64,000 bases of DNA from an uncultured Chloroflexia bacterium (lineage in GTDB: Bacteria > Chloroflexota > Anaerolineae > DAOTYC01). Positions 16,706 to 26,044 of the stretch are shown here, one piece after another. The position numbers and the translations under genes are program-made. The DNA lies in contig CAWJLE010000002.1 of NCBI GenBank assembly GCA_963843645.1, positions 189,909 through 253,908 of the forward strand, in the 5' to 3' direction. Position 1 is the stretch's first letter. Each line of letters begins with the position of its first letter. The notes beneath the pieces were generated by a model. It saw only the letters and a program-made list of their open reading frames with translations. It was not told the DNA's origin and made no database searches.

Positions 16706-16963
16706 ATGGGCGGCCCGGAGGGTGTGCGCCGGCCGCGGCGGCCTAACCAAACCTAACCGCCGTCACACCTTTGCCAACCGCACGCCCGTCACTTTCACCG
16801 TATAATGGTCGTAGGAAACTGAAATCAGCTGCGAGCTGTCATCTCGGACCCGGCGACAGAGCGCAGGCTCCCACAGGGTCGGACGGCATCGAAGGTCCGA
16901 CCAGAAGCAACCGCCAGTGCCGCAAGAACCACCAACCGCTCACAGCAATCCGGAGGTGCCTCT

Positions 16964-19111
16964 ATGAAGTCACAGAGAGCGGTTTCGATCAAGTCGGAGA
17001 GTGGTCAGTCCATTATCATCGTCAGCATGATCCTGGTGGTGCTGATCGCCCTGATGGCCCTGGTGGTGGATGTCGGCAACGCCTACGCCCAGCGGCGCGT
17101 GGCCCAGAACGCGGCCGATTCGGCCGCCCTCGCGGCGACCGGCGAGCTGGCGCGGGGCAGCGCAACGACCAACGCCAAAGTGCTGGCCGCGGCGAAATCG
17201 TACGCGCAGCAGAACGGGATCGACCCGAACGTGGTCGAGGTCCATTACTTCAGCTACAACCCCACTAACCAGCGGCAATCCGATCTCGGTGCGGTGCCGA
17301 ACAACAACAGCGTGCCGCGCTCGGATGCTGACGGGGTCATGGCGACCGTCAGCCGCACCTTCCCCACGTACCTGGCCGGAGTGATCGGGCGCCGCAGCAT
17401 GGCGGCGAGCGCCAGTTCGAGCGGGTACGTGGGTGAGGGCGCGTGCAGTGCCGGCGGCCCCGAGGACCCGCTGTTCCCCATCGCGGTCAGCAGAGACACG
17501 TTCACGCCCCTCGCCGATCAGTGGGTCCCCAAGTTTGGGCGGGACAACATCTACGTGATATGGGGCGAGAAAACGTCGCCCGGAAACTTCCAGTGGCTGT
17601 CCTGGAACCAGGACTCCGGCCACACCAGCGAGCAAACGCTGCTGTACAACCTGGATGGATCGGCGCAGAGCGGCGTTTGGAACGTCGGCGACTCCATTCC
17701 GGCCGGACCGGGCAAGATGACCAGCAGCAACACGGCGAATCTGCTGCAGCAGCGCATCAACGGTCAGCTGCCGAACCCGGTGTCGGTGGCCGTGTACGAT
17801 TACGTTTCCGGAACCGGGGCTAACGCCACCTATCACGTGGCCGGTTTCGCGAAATTCTACATCACCGGCTACAAATTCAAGAGCTCGAGCAAGTATGTGA
17901 AAGGCTACTTCGTGGAAACCGACCCGTCCATTTCGGAGGGTGGCTGCGGCTTCTACGGCACCCGGACCGTCAAACTGCGTCCCCCGATGAAAATCACCCG
18001 AAACATCGAAGGCCGGCTCGCCTACCAGTGGTTGAAGACCGAAGGCGGTGACGCCGCACAGACCGTGAATCCGGCGGACGTGGTGCTGGTCATGGACACG
18101 TCCGGCAGCATGAACCAGACCTGGGGCTCGAACCAGACGAAGATCGCCACGGCGCGCCGCGTGCTCAAGGATTTCGCCGGGCGGCTGCGCTCAGAACTCG
18201 GCGACCAGGTCGCCCTGGTCCACTTCCCCAAGGTGAACAATCTGAACGATGCGGCCGGCTACGAAACCTTCAGCAGCAGCTACAAGCTGAGCTGCAGCAA
18301 TGACCGCAGCAATTACCGCTTCCGAGCGGAAACCCTGGTCGACCTCACGTCGCGCATGCAGAGTATCACAGACACGGTGACGTCGTTGGGCGCCAACGGC
18401 GGCACCCCGATTGCGGATGCGATGGACGCGGCCTTCGAGATCCTGAACGGGCCCGGCCACGTGGACGGGCACGCGAAGGTGGTGATCCTGGCCTCGGATG
18501 GTATGACGAACGTCACCCAGGACGGCCGTTGGACCGGATACAGCGGCAACACGACGTCCGGGATGGGCGGCTGCAACGGCACGGCTGAAGCGCAGGCCAT
18601 GGACGTCGCACAGGCGGCCAAGACGGCCGGCGTCACGGTCTTCACCGTGGCCATCGGCAACGACTTCAGCGACACCATCCTGCAGAGCATGGCGTCGCCC
18701 AGCAGCGATCCGTCCAAGCCCCACTTCTTCGTCGCCTCGGATCCCACGGCGATGGAGCAGATCTACCAGTCGCTGGGCACTCGCGTGACCCACCTGTCCG
18801 GAGAGTGCAAGGTGACCCCCGTCGAACAAGGTGCGGCGAGCGCCTACGTCGCCATTTGGAAGAATGGGGTCAAGGTCGCGGAAACGACTGCCGACTCCGG
18901 TGGGAACTTCGTATTCAGCAACGTGGCGCCAGGCACCTACACGATCGTCGCTTCGACGAGCCGCGATGGATTGACCTACAACGTGTTCATCAATCGTATC
19001 GGCGGGATGGAGATCGATCCGCCCACAGTCGTCGTCGGTGAGCAAGCAGGCGTATACTCCGTCGACGTGTTCCTCAAGTCGTCGACACTGCCGGAATGCG
19101 CCGGAGGGTAA
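16964..19111 (+). CDS. TadG-like Flp-pilus-associated protein with von Willebrand factor A domain and C-terminal Ig/CarboxypepD_reg-like domain
   Basis: N-terminus SGQSIIIVSMILVVLIALMALVVDVGNAYAQRRVAQNAADSAALAA is a TadE/G-like (PF13400-type) motif. vWA MIDAS: VVLVMDTSGSMN…ILASDGMTN. Confidence 0.85.
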   Translation: MKSQRAVSIKSESGQSIIIVSMILVVLIALMALVVDVGNAYAQRRVAQNAADSAALAATGELARGSATTNAKVLAAAKSYAQQNGIDPNVVEVHYFSYNPTNQRQSDLGAVPNNNSVPRSDADGVMATVSRTFPTYLAGVIGRRSMAASASSSGYVGEGACSAGGPEDPLFPIAVSRDTFTPLADQWVPKFGRDNIYVIWGEKTSPGNFQWLSWNQDSGHTSEQTLLYNLDGSAQSGVWNVGDSIPAGPGKMTSSNTANLLQQRINGQLPNPVSVAVYDYVSGTGANATYHVAGFAKFYITGYKFKSSSKYVKGYFVETDPSISEGGCGFYGTRTVKLRPPMKITRNIEGRLAYQWLKTEGGDAAQTVNPADVVLVMDTSGSMNQTWGSNQTKIATARRVLKDFAGRLRSELGDQVALVHFPKVNNLNDAAGYETFSSSYKLSCSNDRSNYRFRAETLVDLTSRMQSITDTVTSLGANGGTPIADAMDAAFEILNGPGHVDGHAKVVILASDGMTNVTQDGRWTGYSGNTTSGMGGCNGTAEAQAMDVAQAAKTAGVTVFTVAIGNDFSDTILQSMASPSSDPSKPHFFVASDPTAMEQIYQSLGTRVTHLSGECKVTPVEQGAASAYVAIWKNGVKVAETTADSGGNFVFSNVAPGTYTIVASTSRDGLTYNVFINRIGGMEIDPPTVVVGEQAGVYSVDVFLKSSTLPECAGG

Positions 19112-19187
19112 TCACCACAGCCCCGCGCGCCGTTGATCGTGAAACGCTGGAACTTCAGCCGGAGTTGGTCCACAAGGGAGGTGAGAC

Positions 19188-20084
19188 ATGGCGGAAGCTG
19201 AGCATCTCGACATCCTCAAGCGGAGCACGACATCCTGGAACGAGTGGCGGAAGCGGTATCCTGAGATCATGCCGGAGCTTGGTGGGGCGAACCTCAGGCA
19301 GGCGCAGCTCCAGCACGCGGACCTCTGCGGAGCGGACCTCCGCGAGGCGGATCTTCGAGAAGCGGAATTGCGGGAGGCGGACCTCTTCGCGGCGAGCATC
19401 ACCGGGGCCAACCTCTTCATGGCGGACCTGCAAGGGGCGAACCTCTGCCGGGCCGAGCTGTGCGGATCGGACCTCCGGAAGGCGAACTTCGCCGGGGCGA
19501 ACCTCGGCGAGGCGGACCTCAGACGAGCGGACCTCAGATGGGCCAACCTGCGCGAGGCGAACCTCAAGTGGGCGGCCATCGAGGGCGCAAACGTGGAGGG
19601 CGCAGGACCGATTGCCGGCGGGAACGCGCGAACAGCCACCGGCCCACGAGCACTCGGCGCCGCCGCTTTCGGTGAAGCCGGCGCGAGCGCGGAGCAGCTT
19701 CGCGTTCTGGAACGCGGTGTTGCGGCCTGGAATCAATGGCGCCGCGAGCATCCTGAGACCCGGCCGCACCTCCGCCGGGCGGACTTGTTCGCGATGAACC
19801 TCGCCAGCGCTCACCTCGAGCGCGCGGACCTGCGTGGCGCGGACCTGCGCTGGGTGGACCTGCGCTGGGCGAACCTCAGCGATGCCAACCTCGAGGGGGC
19901 GGACCTCGAGGACGCGGATCTGCGCTGGGCGGACCTCCGGTGGGCGACCCTCAGCGGCACGAACCTCAGGGGGGCGAACCTCGCCGGCGCGAACTTCGAC
20001 GACTGGCGGCCGGCTCGCGTTACCAATTTGCGGGGCGAGTTCGGATGCGTCAACTCACTTGTGGCCGCACACGAATCGGGTTAG
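19188..20084 (+). CDS. pentapeptide-repeat protein
   Basis: Long run of A(D/N)L(R/x)xA pentapeptides (ADLCGADLREADLREAELREADLF…). Confidence 0.85.
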   Translation: MAEAEHLDILKRSTTSWNEWRKRYPEIMPELGGANLRQAQLQHADLCGADLREADLREAELREADLFAASITGANLFMADLQGANLCRAELCGSDLRKANFAGANLGEADLRRADLRWANLREANLKWAAIEGANVEGAGPIAGGNARTATGPRALGAAAFGEAGASAEQLRVLERGVAAWNQWRREHPETRPHLRRADLFAMNLASAHLERADLRGADLRWVDLRWANLSDANLEGADLEDADLRWADLRWATLSGTNLRGANLAGANFDDWRPARVTNLRGEFGCVNSLVAAHESG

Positions 20085-20145
20085 AACCCGGTCCGTCGAA
20101 CCTCTTCTCCATACGTCGCGCGCAGCCAGTGAAAGGAGGAACTCG

Positions 20146-20295
20146 GTGTCAATCGTCCAGGAACACGGCCAGGGCCTCGTCGAGTACGGATTGATCCTGG
20201 TGCTGGTTTCCATCCTTGCAATTGCCGTTCTGGTGCTGCTAGGAGCAAACATCGGTGGCGTCTATAGCAGCGTCACTGCACACCTTCCATTCTAA
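20146..20295 (+). CDS. flp: Flp-family type IVb pilin
   Basis: AAGGAGG RBS then GTG. VSIVQEHGQGLVEYGLILVLVSILAIAVLVLLGANIGGVYSSVTAHLPF carries the Flp G-x4-EY motif and a hydrophobic helix. 49 aa. Confidence 0.85.
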   Translation: MSIVQEHGQGLVEYGLILVLVSILAIAVLVLLGANIGGVYSSVTAHLPF

Positions 20296-20346
20296 GTCTT
20301 CTTCTATATTCTCTCCACGCCTTCTTCTGTCTCCCTCCTCCAAGAC

Positions 20347-20378
20347 AAAACGGCCCGCGCGACGGCCGTTTTGTCGTT
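20347..20378. terminator. bidirectional Rho-independent terminator between convergent flp and the 20436..21132 gene
   Basis: aaaacggcc-cgcgcgac-ggccgttttgtcgtt gives a 9-bp stem with A-tract and T-tract on opposite sides. Confidence 0.55.
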
Positions 20379-20435
20379 ATGGGACTCAAACGCGTGCGGT
20401 GCAGAAGTCGGGCGACCCCGGCCGCACGTCCCCCC

Positions 20436-21132
20436 TCAGTTCCCGGCGTTGGCCGGCAGGGACTTGCGGGCGAACACCACGATCTCCACCAGCGGGCCGG
20501 CCCACGCGTTCGGCGCCCGCAGCATCCAGTGCGTGACGTGGGTGCCGGCGGTCGGGGCGACGAAGGTCAGGACGAAGCCGTAGGTCGAGCCGGACGGCAC
20601 GCTGGTGCTCGGGCTGACGGCCAGCGGGTTTGCGCCGATCTGGTCCTTCTCCACCCACTTGAACGCCCAGTCCGGCCCCCAGGCGCAGCTGCCGGTATTC
20701 TTCATATTCACCGTGACGTGCGACGGGAACCGGGCGGTGACGACCGTGCTGCTTCGGATCGATTGACACGAGCTGTGCGCCGTTCTCACACGGTGGGGCC
20801 AGCGGACCCGGCGTCACGGCGATCTTGTCCGTGCCGAGGACGCGCGACCGCGTCGGTGTCGGCGTGGGCAAGGCCTTGCCGGGGAGGCCTGGGAGCCGGC
20901 CCGCCCGGCGCGTCGGCGTCGCACCGCTCGCTGCCTGCGGCGTCAAGAGGTTCGAGCACTCCTGGTCGTCGCACGGCGGCGACTTGAACGTCGCCGTCGG
21001 GGCGGGGGACTGCTTGGGAGCGGCGCCGGCGGTGGGCGCCGGCTGCAGCCCGAACCACGACGCGGCGCTGCCCAGAACCAGGAGGGCCAGCAACAGGGTG
21101 CCGAGGAGTATGAGTCGTTTCTGGGTAGACAT
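20436..21132 (-). pseudogene. secreted protein with NBR1-type Ig-like domain, frameshift near 20760
   Basis: Signal peptide MSTQKRLILLGTLLLALLVLGSAASW (AAGGAGG RBS). C-terminal domain (…VNMKNTGSCAWGPDWAFKWVEKDQIG…) lies in a different frame (ORF 20436..20789). Paralogous domain in gene 30238..30924. Confidence 0.55.
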
Positions 21133-21478
21133 AACCAATCCTCCTTGGAAGAGACGAGCGCTTCCACTCGGGGTGGGCCGGGCTGAGCGGCGCCAGGGGG
21201 ACCGATCGACGAAGGACGGGTACTTCCCAATCGCAGGGTGGCGGTCACGACGTAGGGGAGGGTGGCGAGGGATGGCGGCTGTCATCGTGCACGTCGTTCC
21301 TGTGAATTCACGTATATACCGCTTCATTATATTGGCGTTCGCCGATGCGCGGCTATGACGCGCGTCACCCGCGCGCGCCTCGAGGGTGCGGCACCGAGAG
21401 CCGCACCCTCCGGGCCGAACGCCGGGGGGCTACGGTCTCGCCCATAGTCGGATTCACCCGACGCTCGGCAACCTGACT

Positions 21479-21640
21479 CCTACCCACTTTGCTCACTCAG
21501 CCGCCGCAGACCTCTCTCCCGGCCTCTCCCCTGCAAAGGGAGAGGAGAACGTCAACCGATTTGCTCCTCTCCCTTTGCAGGGGAGAGGCCGGGAGAGAGG
21601 TCTGCGGCGGCTGAGTGAGCAAAGTGGGTAGGAGTCAGCT
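21479..21640. repeat. MITE-like palindromic repeat, family P3 (…CTCTCCCGGCCTCTCCCCTGCAAAGGGAGAGGAGAAC… hairpin)
   Basis: ~160-bp near-perfect palindrome. Other copies at 58546-58700 and 60492-60592. Confidence 0.75.
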
Positions 21641-21650
21641 CGGCAACCAC

Positions 21651-21711
21651 TTGACACGTCTTCACGTTCGTCGTATACTCCCATTAATAAACCGTCTGAC
21701 GGTCTATTAAT
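21651..21711 (+). promoter_or_regulatory. σ70-like promoter (TTGACA-17-TATACT) followed by palindromic operator ATTAATAAACCGTCTGACGGTCTATTAAT for the downstream TetR
   Basis: Read directly. Operator lies between the -10 and the GTG start of tetR at 21731. Confidence 0.5.
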
Positions 21712-21730
21712 ATCACGGAGGGAGGCGGCC

Positions 21731-22486
21731 GTGGCCCGCATCGTGAAGCAAGAGGAATACAGCGCCAAGCGCAACCAGATCCTCGACGTGGCGCGGAGCC
21801 TGGTCTACGCGAAGGGGTACGAGCAGATGACCGTTCAGGACATCCTGGACGGCCTGGAGATCTCGCGGGGCGCCTTCTATCACTACTTCGACTCGAAGCA
21901 GGCCCTGCTCGAGGCGCTCGTCGACCGCATGGCGGACGACGCGGGGCAGACCCTTCTGTCCTTCGTGGCGCAGCCGGACCTGCCCGCCATCGAGAAGTTC
22001 CGCCGCTATCTCGACGGCTCGGCGCGGCTGAAATCCGACCAGAAGACGCTGATCGTGGGCCTCCTGCGCACGTGGTACACGGACGAAAACGCGCGCATCC
22101 GCCAGAAATTGACCACGGGGTCGATCGAGCGGACCGCGGCCCTTCTGGCGCCGATCATCCGCCAGGGCATCGAGGAAGGGGTCTTCACGACGCGTTTCCC
22201 CGCGCAGGTGGCCGAGATCATCGCCGGCGTCGCCTTGAGCCAGCTGGACACCATCCTGGCGCTGCTGCTCAATCCGCAATTGGACCAGGCCGGGGTTGAA
22301 GAGCTGCAGACCATCCAGGAGGCCTACGTCGACACGGTCGAGCGGGTTTTGGGCGCGCCGGCCGGCTCTCTCAGGGTCTTCGGCCCGGATGCCTTTCGGG
22401 AGTGGTTCGTGGCGTTACAGCCCGAAGATGGGGCCGGCGCCGCAGAGTCGACGAGGCGGAAGAAAGGAACGAAACAACTATTATGA
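21731..22486 (+). CDS. TetR/AcrR-family transcriptional regulator
   Basis: ILDVARSLVYAKGYEQMTVQDILDGLEISRGAFYHYFDSKQALL is the canonical TetR HTH. Confidence 0.9.
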   Translation: MARIVKQEEYSAKRNQILDVARSLVYAKGYEQMTVQDILDGLEISRGAFYHYFDSKQALLEALVDRMADDAGQTLLSFVAQPDLPAIEKFRRYLDGSARLKSDQKTLIVGLLRTWYTDENARIRQKLTTGSIERTAALLAPIIRQGIEEGVFTTRFPAQVAEIIAGVALSQLDTILALLLNPQLDQAGVEELQTIQEAYVDTVERVLGAPAGSLRVFGPDAFREWFVALQPEDGAGAAESTRRKKGTKQLL

Positions 22487-23174
22487 TGAAGGAAGAACAC
22501 TCCGACTCGAACGTCAGGGTGTGGCTCTCGGTTCTGGGCATGGCCGCGATCATGGCCCTGTTGCTCTTCGTCCCAGCGGGAACGATTCGATACTGGCAGG
22601 CGTGGGTGTATCTCGCCGTGTACTTCGCGGCCTCCGCCCTCATCGTCCTCTACCTGATGAGGAACGATCGGGCGCTGGCCGATCGCCGAATGAGGGGCGG
22701 CCCGACGGCCGAGAAGGAGAGGACGCAGCAGGTCATCATGCTCTTCCTGTCCCTCGGATTCGTCGCCTCGCTGGTCGTGCCGGCGTTCGACGTTCGCTAC
22801 GGGTGGTCGAGCGTGCCGCTCTGGCTCGTCATCCTTGGCGATGCGATGATCGCGCTGTGGTTTTACGTGGTATTCCTGGTTTCAGGGAGAACACCTTCAC
22901 TTCTGCCACGGTCGAGATCGCCGAAGGCCAGAAAGTGATCTCGACGGGGCCGTACGCCTGGGTGCGCCATCCCATGTACGCCGGAGGCCTGTTCTACTTC
23001 ATCGGCGCGCCGCTCGCGCTCGGATCGTTCTGGGGGCTTCTGCCACTCGCGTTCGTGGTGCCCGCCCTGATATGGCGGCTCCTGGACGAAGAGAAGCTGC
23101 TCGCCCGAAGCCTGCCGGGGTACACCGACTACTGTGCCAGGGTCCGCTGGCGGCTGATCCCCGGCGTGTTCTGA
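22483..23174 (+). pseudogene. isoprenylcysteine carboxyl methyltransferase (ICMT)-family membrane methyltransferase, frameshift in a T-run near 22880
   Basis: Start ATG overlaps the tetR stop (ATGA). Protein switches frame where the paralogue 23188..23865 reads FWVLRENRYGS. C-terminus EGQKVISTGPYAWVRHPMYAGG is the ICMT motif. Confidence 0.7.
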
Positions 23175-23187
23175 GCAGAGGAATCAC

Positions 23188-23865
23188 ATGAAGAACGTCA
23201 TCATTCCGACGATAAGAACGTCGCTGCTGGGCGCGATTGCGCTGGCGGCGCTGATAATGCTCCCCGCGTGGACGCTGAGCTACTGGCAGGGGTGGGTCTT
23301 CGTGGCCGTTTTCGTCGTATCGACGAACGCCATCGGCGTCTACCTGGTTCTCTACGACCCCGAGCTCCTGGAGCGGCGCAAGAAGGTCGGGCCGGGGGCG
23401 GAATCGACGCCGGCACAGAAGATCATCGTCACCCTGTTGGTCGCGGCATGTCTCGCCGTCCTGGTATTTTCCTCGCTCGATCACCGCTTCAGCTGGTCGC
23501 GGGTCCCGGCGGGCGTCTCACTGGCCGGAGACGTCCTCGTGGCGCTCGGGCTCCTGGTCGACTTCTGGGTACTCAGGGAGAACAGGTACGGATCCTCCAC
23601 GATCCAGACGGTCGAGGGCCAGAAGGTGATCACCACGGGCCTGTACGCGCTCGTCAGGCACCCCATGTACTCTGGGGTCATGGTCATGTTCGCGGGTGTG
23701 CCGCTCGCGCTCGGCTCCTACTGGGGGCTTCTGATCGTCCTCGCCATCCTGCCAGTTCTCCTCTGGCGGATCTTCGACGAAGAGACGTTCCTCGCCGCCA
23801 ACCTGCCCGGCTACGCCGATTATTGCGCCAAGTTCCGCTGGCGCCTGCTCCCCGGCGTCTTCTGA
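23188..23865 (+). CDS. ICMT-family membrane methyltransferase (paralogue of upstream gene)
   Basis: …EGQKVITTGLYALVRHPMYSGV…, multiple TM helices. Confidence 0.85.
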   Translation: MKNVIIPTIRTSLLGAIALAALIMLPAWTLSYWQGWVFVAVFVVSTNAIGVYLVLYDPELLERRKKVGPGAESTPAQKIIVTLLVAACLAVLVFSSLDHRFSWSRVPAGVSLAGDVLVALGLLVDFWVLRENRYGSSTIQTVEGQKVITTGLYALVRHPMYSGVMVMFAGVPLALGSYWGLLIVLAILPVLLWRIFDEETFLAANLPGYADYCAKFRWRLLPGVF

Positions 23866-23993
23866 CACGAAGGGCGGGATGCGTAATGCGTGATCCAGGT
23901 ACACGTATTACGCATTACCCCCTTCATCCCGCTTTGCGGCGCACGGGGCCCTGTGCTATAGTGGACACCACGATCATACAGGGAGGTGCAACG

Positions 23994-24545
23994 ATGAAGA
24001 TGCTGGCGGTGGTGGGCAGTCCGCGGAAGCGCGGCAATACGGACGTCCTGATGGACGCGGTGATCCGGGGGGCGACGGAAAACGGGGCGGAGGTCGAAAA
24101 AGTGTTTCTGCCCGACCTCGACATCGGGCCATGCGATGCGTGTGACGCGTGCCGCAAGAGCTTCCGCTGCGTGGTCCGGGACGATATGATCGCCCTGTAC
24201 GAGAAGTTGTTCGCGAGCGACGTCTGGGTGCTCGGGACGCCGATCTATTGGTGGGGGCCGAGCGCGCAGCTCAAGGCGTTCGTGGACCGATGGTATGCGT
24301 TCAGCGGCGACGAGGAAGGGCGCGTCAGCGGGAAGCGGGCGGCCCTGGTGGCGGCGTTCGAGGAATCGGATCCTGCGACGGCCCGCCACACCGTGGGGAT
24401 GCTGCAGGACACGTTCGACTACCTGAAGATCGACTTCGTCGATCAGGTGCTCGTCACGGCCGGGCCGCGGGGCGAGGTGGCGAAGAACCAGTCCGCGCTG
24501 GATCGCGCGTCCGCGCTGGGGAAGAGGCTGGCGGCCAGGAAGTGA
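23994..24545 (+). CDS. NADPH-dependent FMN reductase / flavodoxin-like fold protein
   Basis: MKMLAVVGSPRKRGNTDVLMDAV…SDVWVLGTPIYWWGPSAQLKAFVDR. GGGAGG RBS. Start computed in-frame within ORF 23268..24545. Confidence 0.85.
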   Translation: MKMLAVVGSPRKRGNTDVLMDAVIRGATENGAEVEKVFLPDLDIGPCDACDACRKSFRCVVRDDMIALYEKLFASDVWVLGTPIYWWGPSAQLKAFVDRWYAFSGDEEGRVSGKRAALVAAFEESDPATARHTVGMLQDTFDYLKIDFVDQVLVTAGPRGEVAKNQSALDRASALGKRLAARK

Positions 24546-24569
24546 GCGAGCCATGCGTCAATGTTGGCC

Positions 24570-25825
24570 TGGCGGCCTGAGGATTTTATCCTCAGGCTCA
24601 CGTGCCAAAGCCTGCTGAAGCAGGCTGCAACACGGCGGACGAGCCAGCCTGGGCGATTTTAGAGATTAGCGCGGAAGTGAGACGCTGGCCGGCTTCGGAC
24701 CGCACCGTGGCCGGGCGTGAACCCCGACATCCGCGGGGCGGGTGCTTCCGTGTCATTCTGCCAGCCTGCTTCAGCAGGCTGCGACACGGCGGACGAGCCA
24801 GCTTGGGCGATTTAAGAGATTAGCGCGGAAGTGCGTCGCGTGCGTCTCAAGGCAAGCTGCAATGAGCCGAACGAGCGGCCGTGAGACGCTAACCGGCTTG
24901 GCGGCCCGCCCGGCGATGAAGTCGCCGGGCTACACAACAGCGTCCGATGAATCGGACTTTCGGCTGCTCTGAATTCCGATTCATCGGACGCTGTCATGTA
25001 GCCCGGCGACTTTATCGCCGGGCGGGCGTCTTCGGATCGCACGGTGGCCGGGCGTCTTCGGATCGCACCGTGGCCGGGCGCCTTCGGACTGCACCGTGGC
25101 CGGCGTGAACCCCGACATCCGCGGGGCGGGTACCTCCGCGTCATTCTGCCAGCCCGCTTCAGCAGGTTGCGACACGGCGGACGAGCCAGCTTGGGCGATT
25201 TAAGAGATTAGCGCGGAAGTGCATCGTGTGCGTCTCGAGGCAAGCTGCAATGAGCCGAACGAGCGGCCGTGAGACGCTAACCGGCTTGGCGGCCCGCCCG
25301 GCGACGGAACGTGTCGCCGGGCGAGCGTCTTCGGACTGCACCGTGGCCGGGCGCCTTCGGACCGCACCGCGGCCGGGCGTCTTCGGACTGCACCGCGGCC
25401 GGGCGTCTTCGGACCGCACCGTGGTCGGCGTGAACCCTCCCATCCGCGGGGCGGGTACCTCCGCGTCATTCTGCAACCTGCTTCAGCAGGCTGCAACACG
25501 ATGGACGAGCCTGCCTAGGCGATTTAAGACATTGGCGCGGAAGTGAGTCGCGTGCGTCTCGAGGCAAGCTGCAATGAGCTGAACGAGCGGCCGTGAGACG
25601 CTAACCGGCTTGGCGGCCCGACCGGCGAAAAGTCGCCGGGCGGGCGTCTTCGGACTGCACCGTGGCCGGGCGCCTTCGGATCGCACCGTGGCCGGGCGTC
25701 TTCGGACTGCACCGCGGCCGGGCGTGAACCCCGACGTCCGCGGGGCGGGTACCTCCGCGTCATTCTGCCAGCCTGCTTCAGCAGGCTTTCGCTCCGTAGC
25801 CTGAGGATTTATCCTCAGGTCCCGA
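24570..25825. repeat. 1.27-kb non-coding array of nested palindromic and tandem repeats (4-5 degenerate higher-order units, each with a CCTGCT(TCA/GAA)GCAGG hairpin, a conserved ~60-nt segment, 28-bp tandem sub-repeats and palindromes), bounded by CCTGAGGAT(T)TTATCCTCAGG palindromes
   Basis: Repeated strings read directly at ~24612, 24767, 25155, 25469 and 25771. 28-bp units CGTCTTCGGA(C/T)(T/C)GCACCGTGGCCGGGCG ×3 per unit. All overlapping ORFs merely translate repeats. Confidence 0.7.
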
Positions 25826-26044
25826 CGGCGCCCCTCAGGTCCCCGCTGCGGCTGCGGTACCCCTCAGGTCCCCGCCGCGCCACCCCACAGGTCCCCACGG
25901 CGGCCTGCCCGGGCGCCTGACCCGTATGCGCGGCATCATAGCAGCGGACGGACGCCGACGGTATAGTGGAGAGAGTTGAGCGCCTTGGATTCGGTTTGGC
26001 CGTGCCGAGGGGCAGGCCTCTTCTCTTTGCGCCGGAGGTCCGTC

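Noticed and set aside
24570-25825. Possible CRISPR array
   Set aside because: Repeats are palindromic and nested, with no regularly spaced unique spacers and no cas genes.
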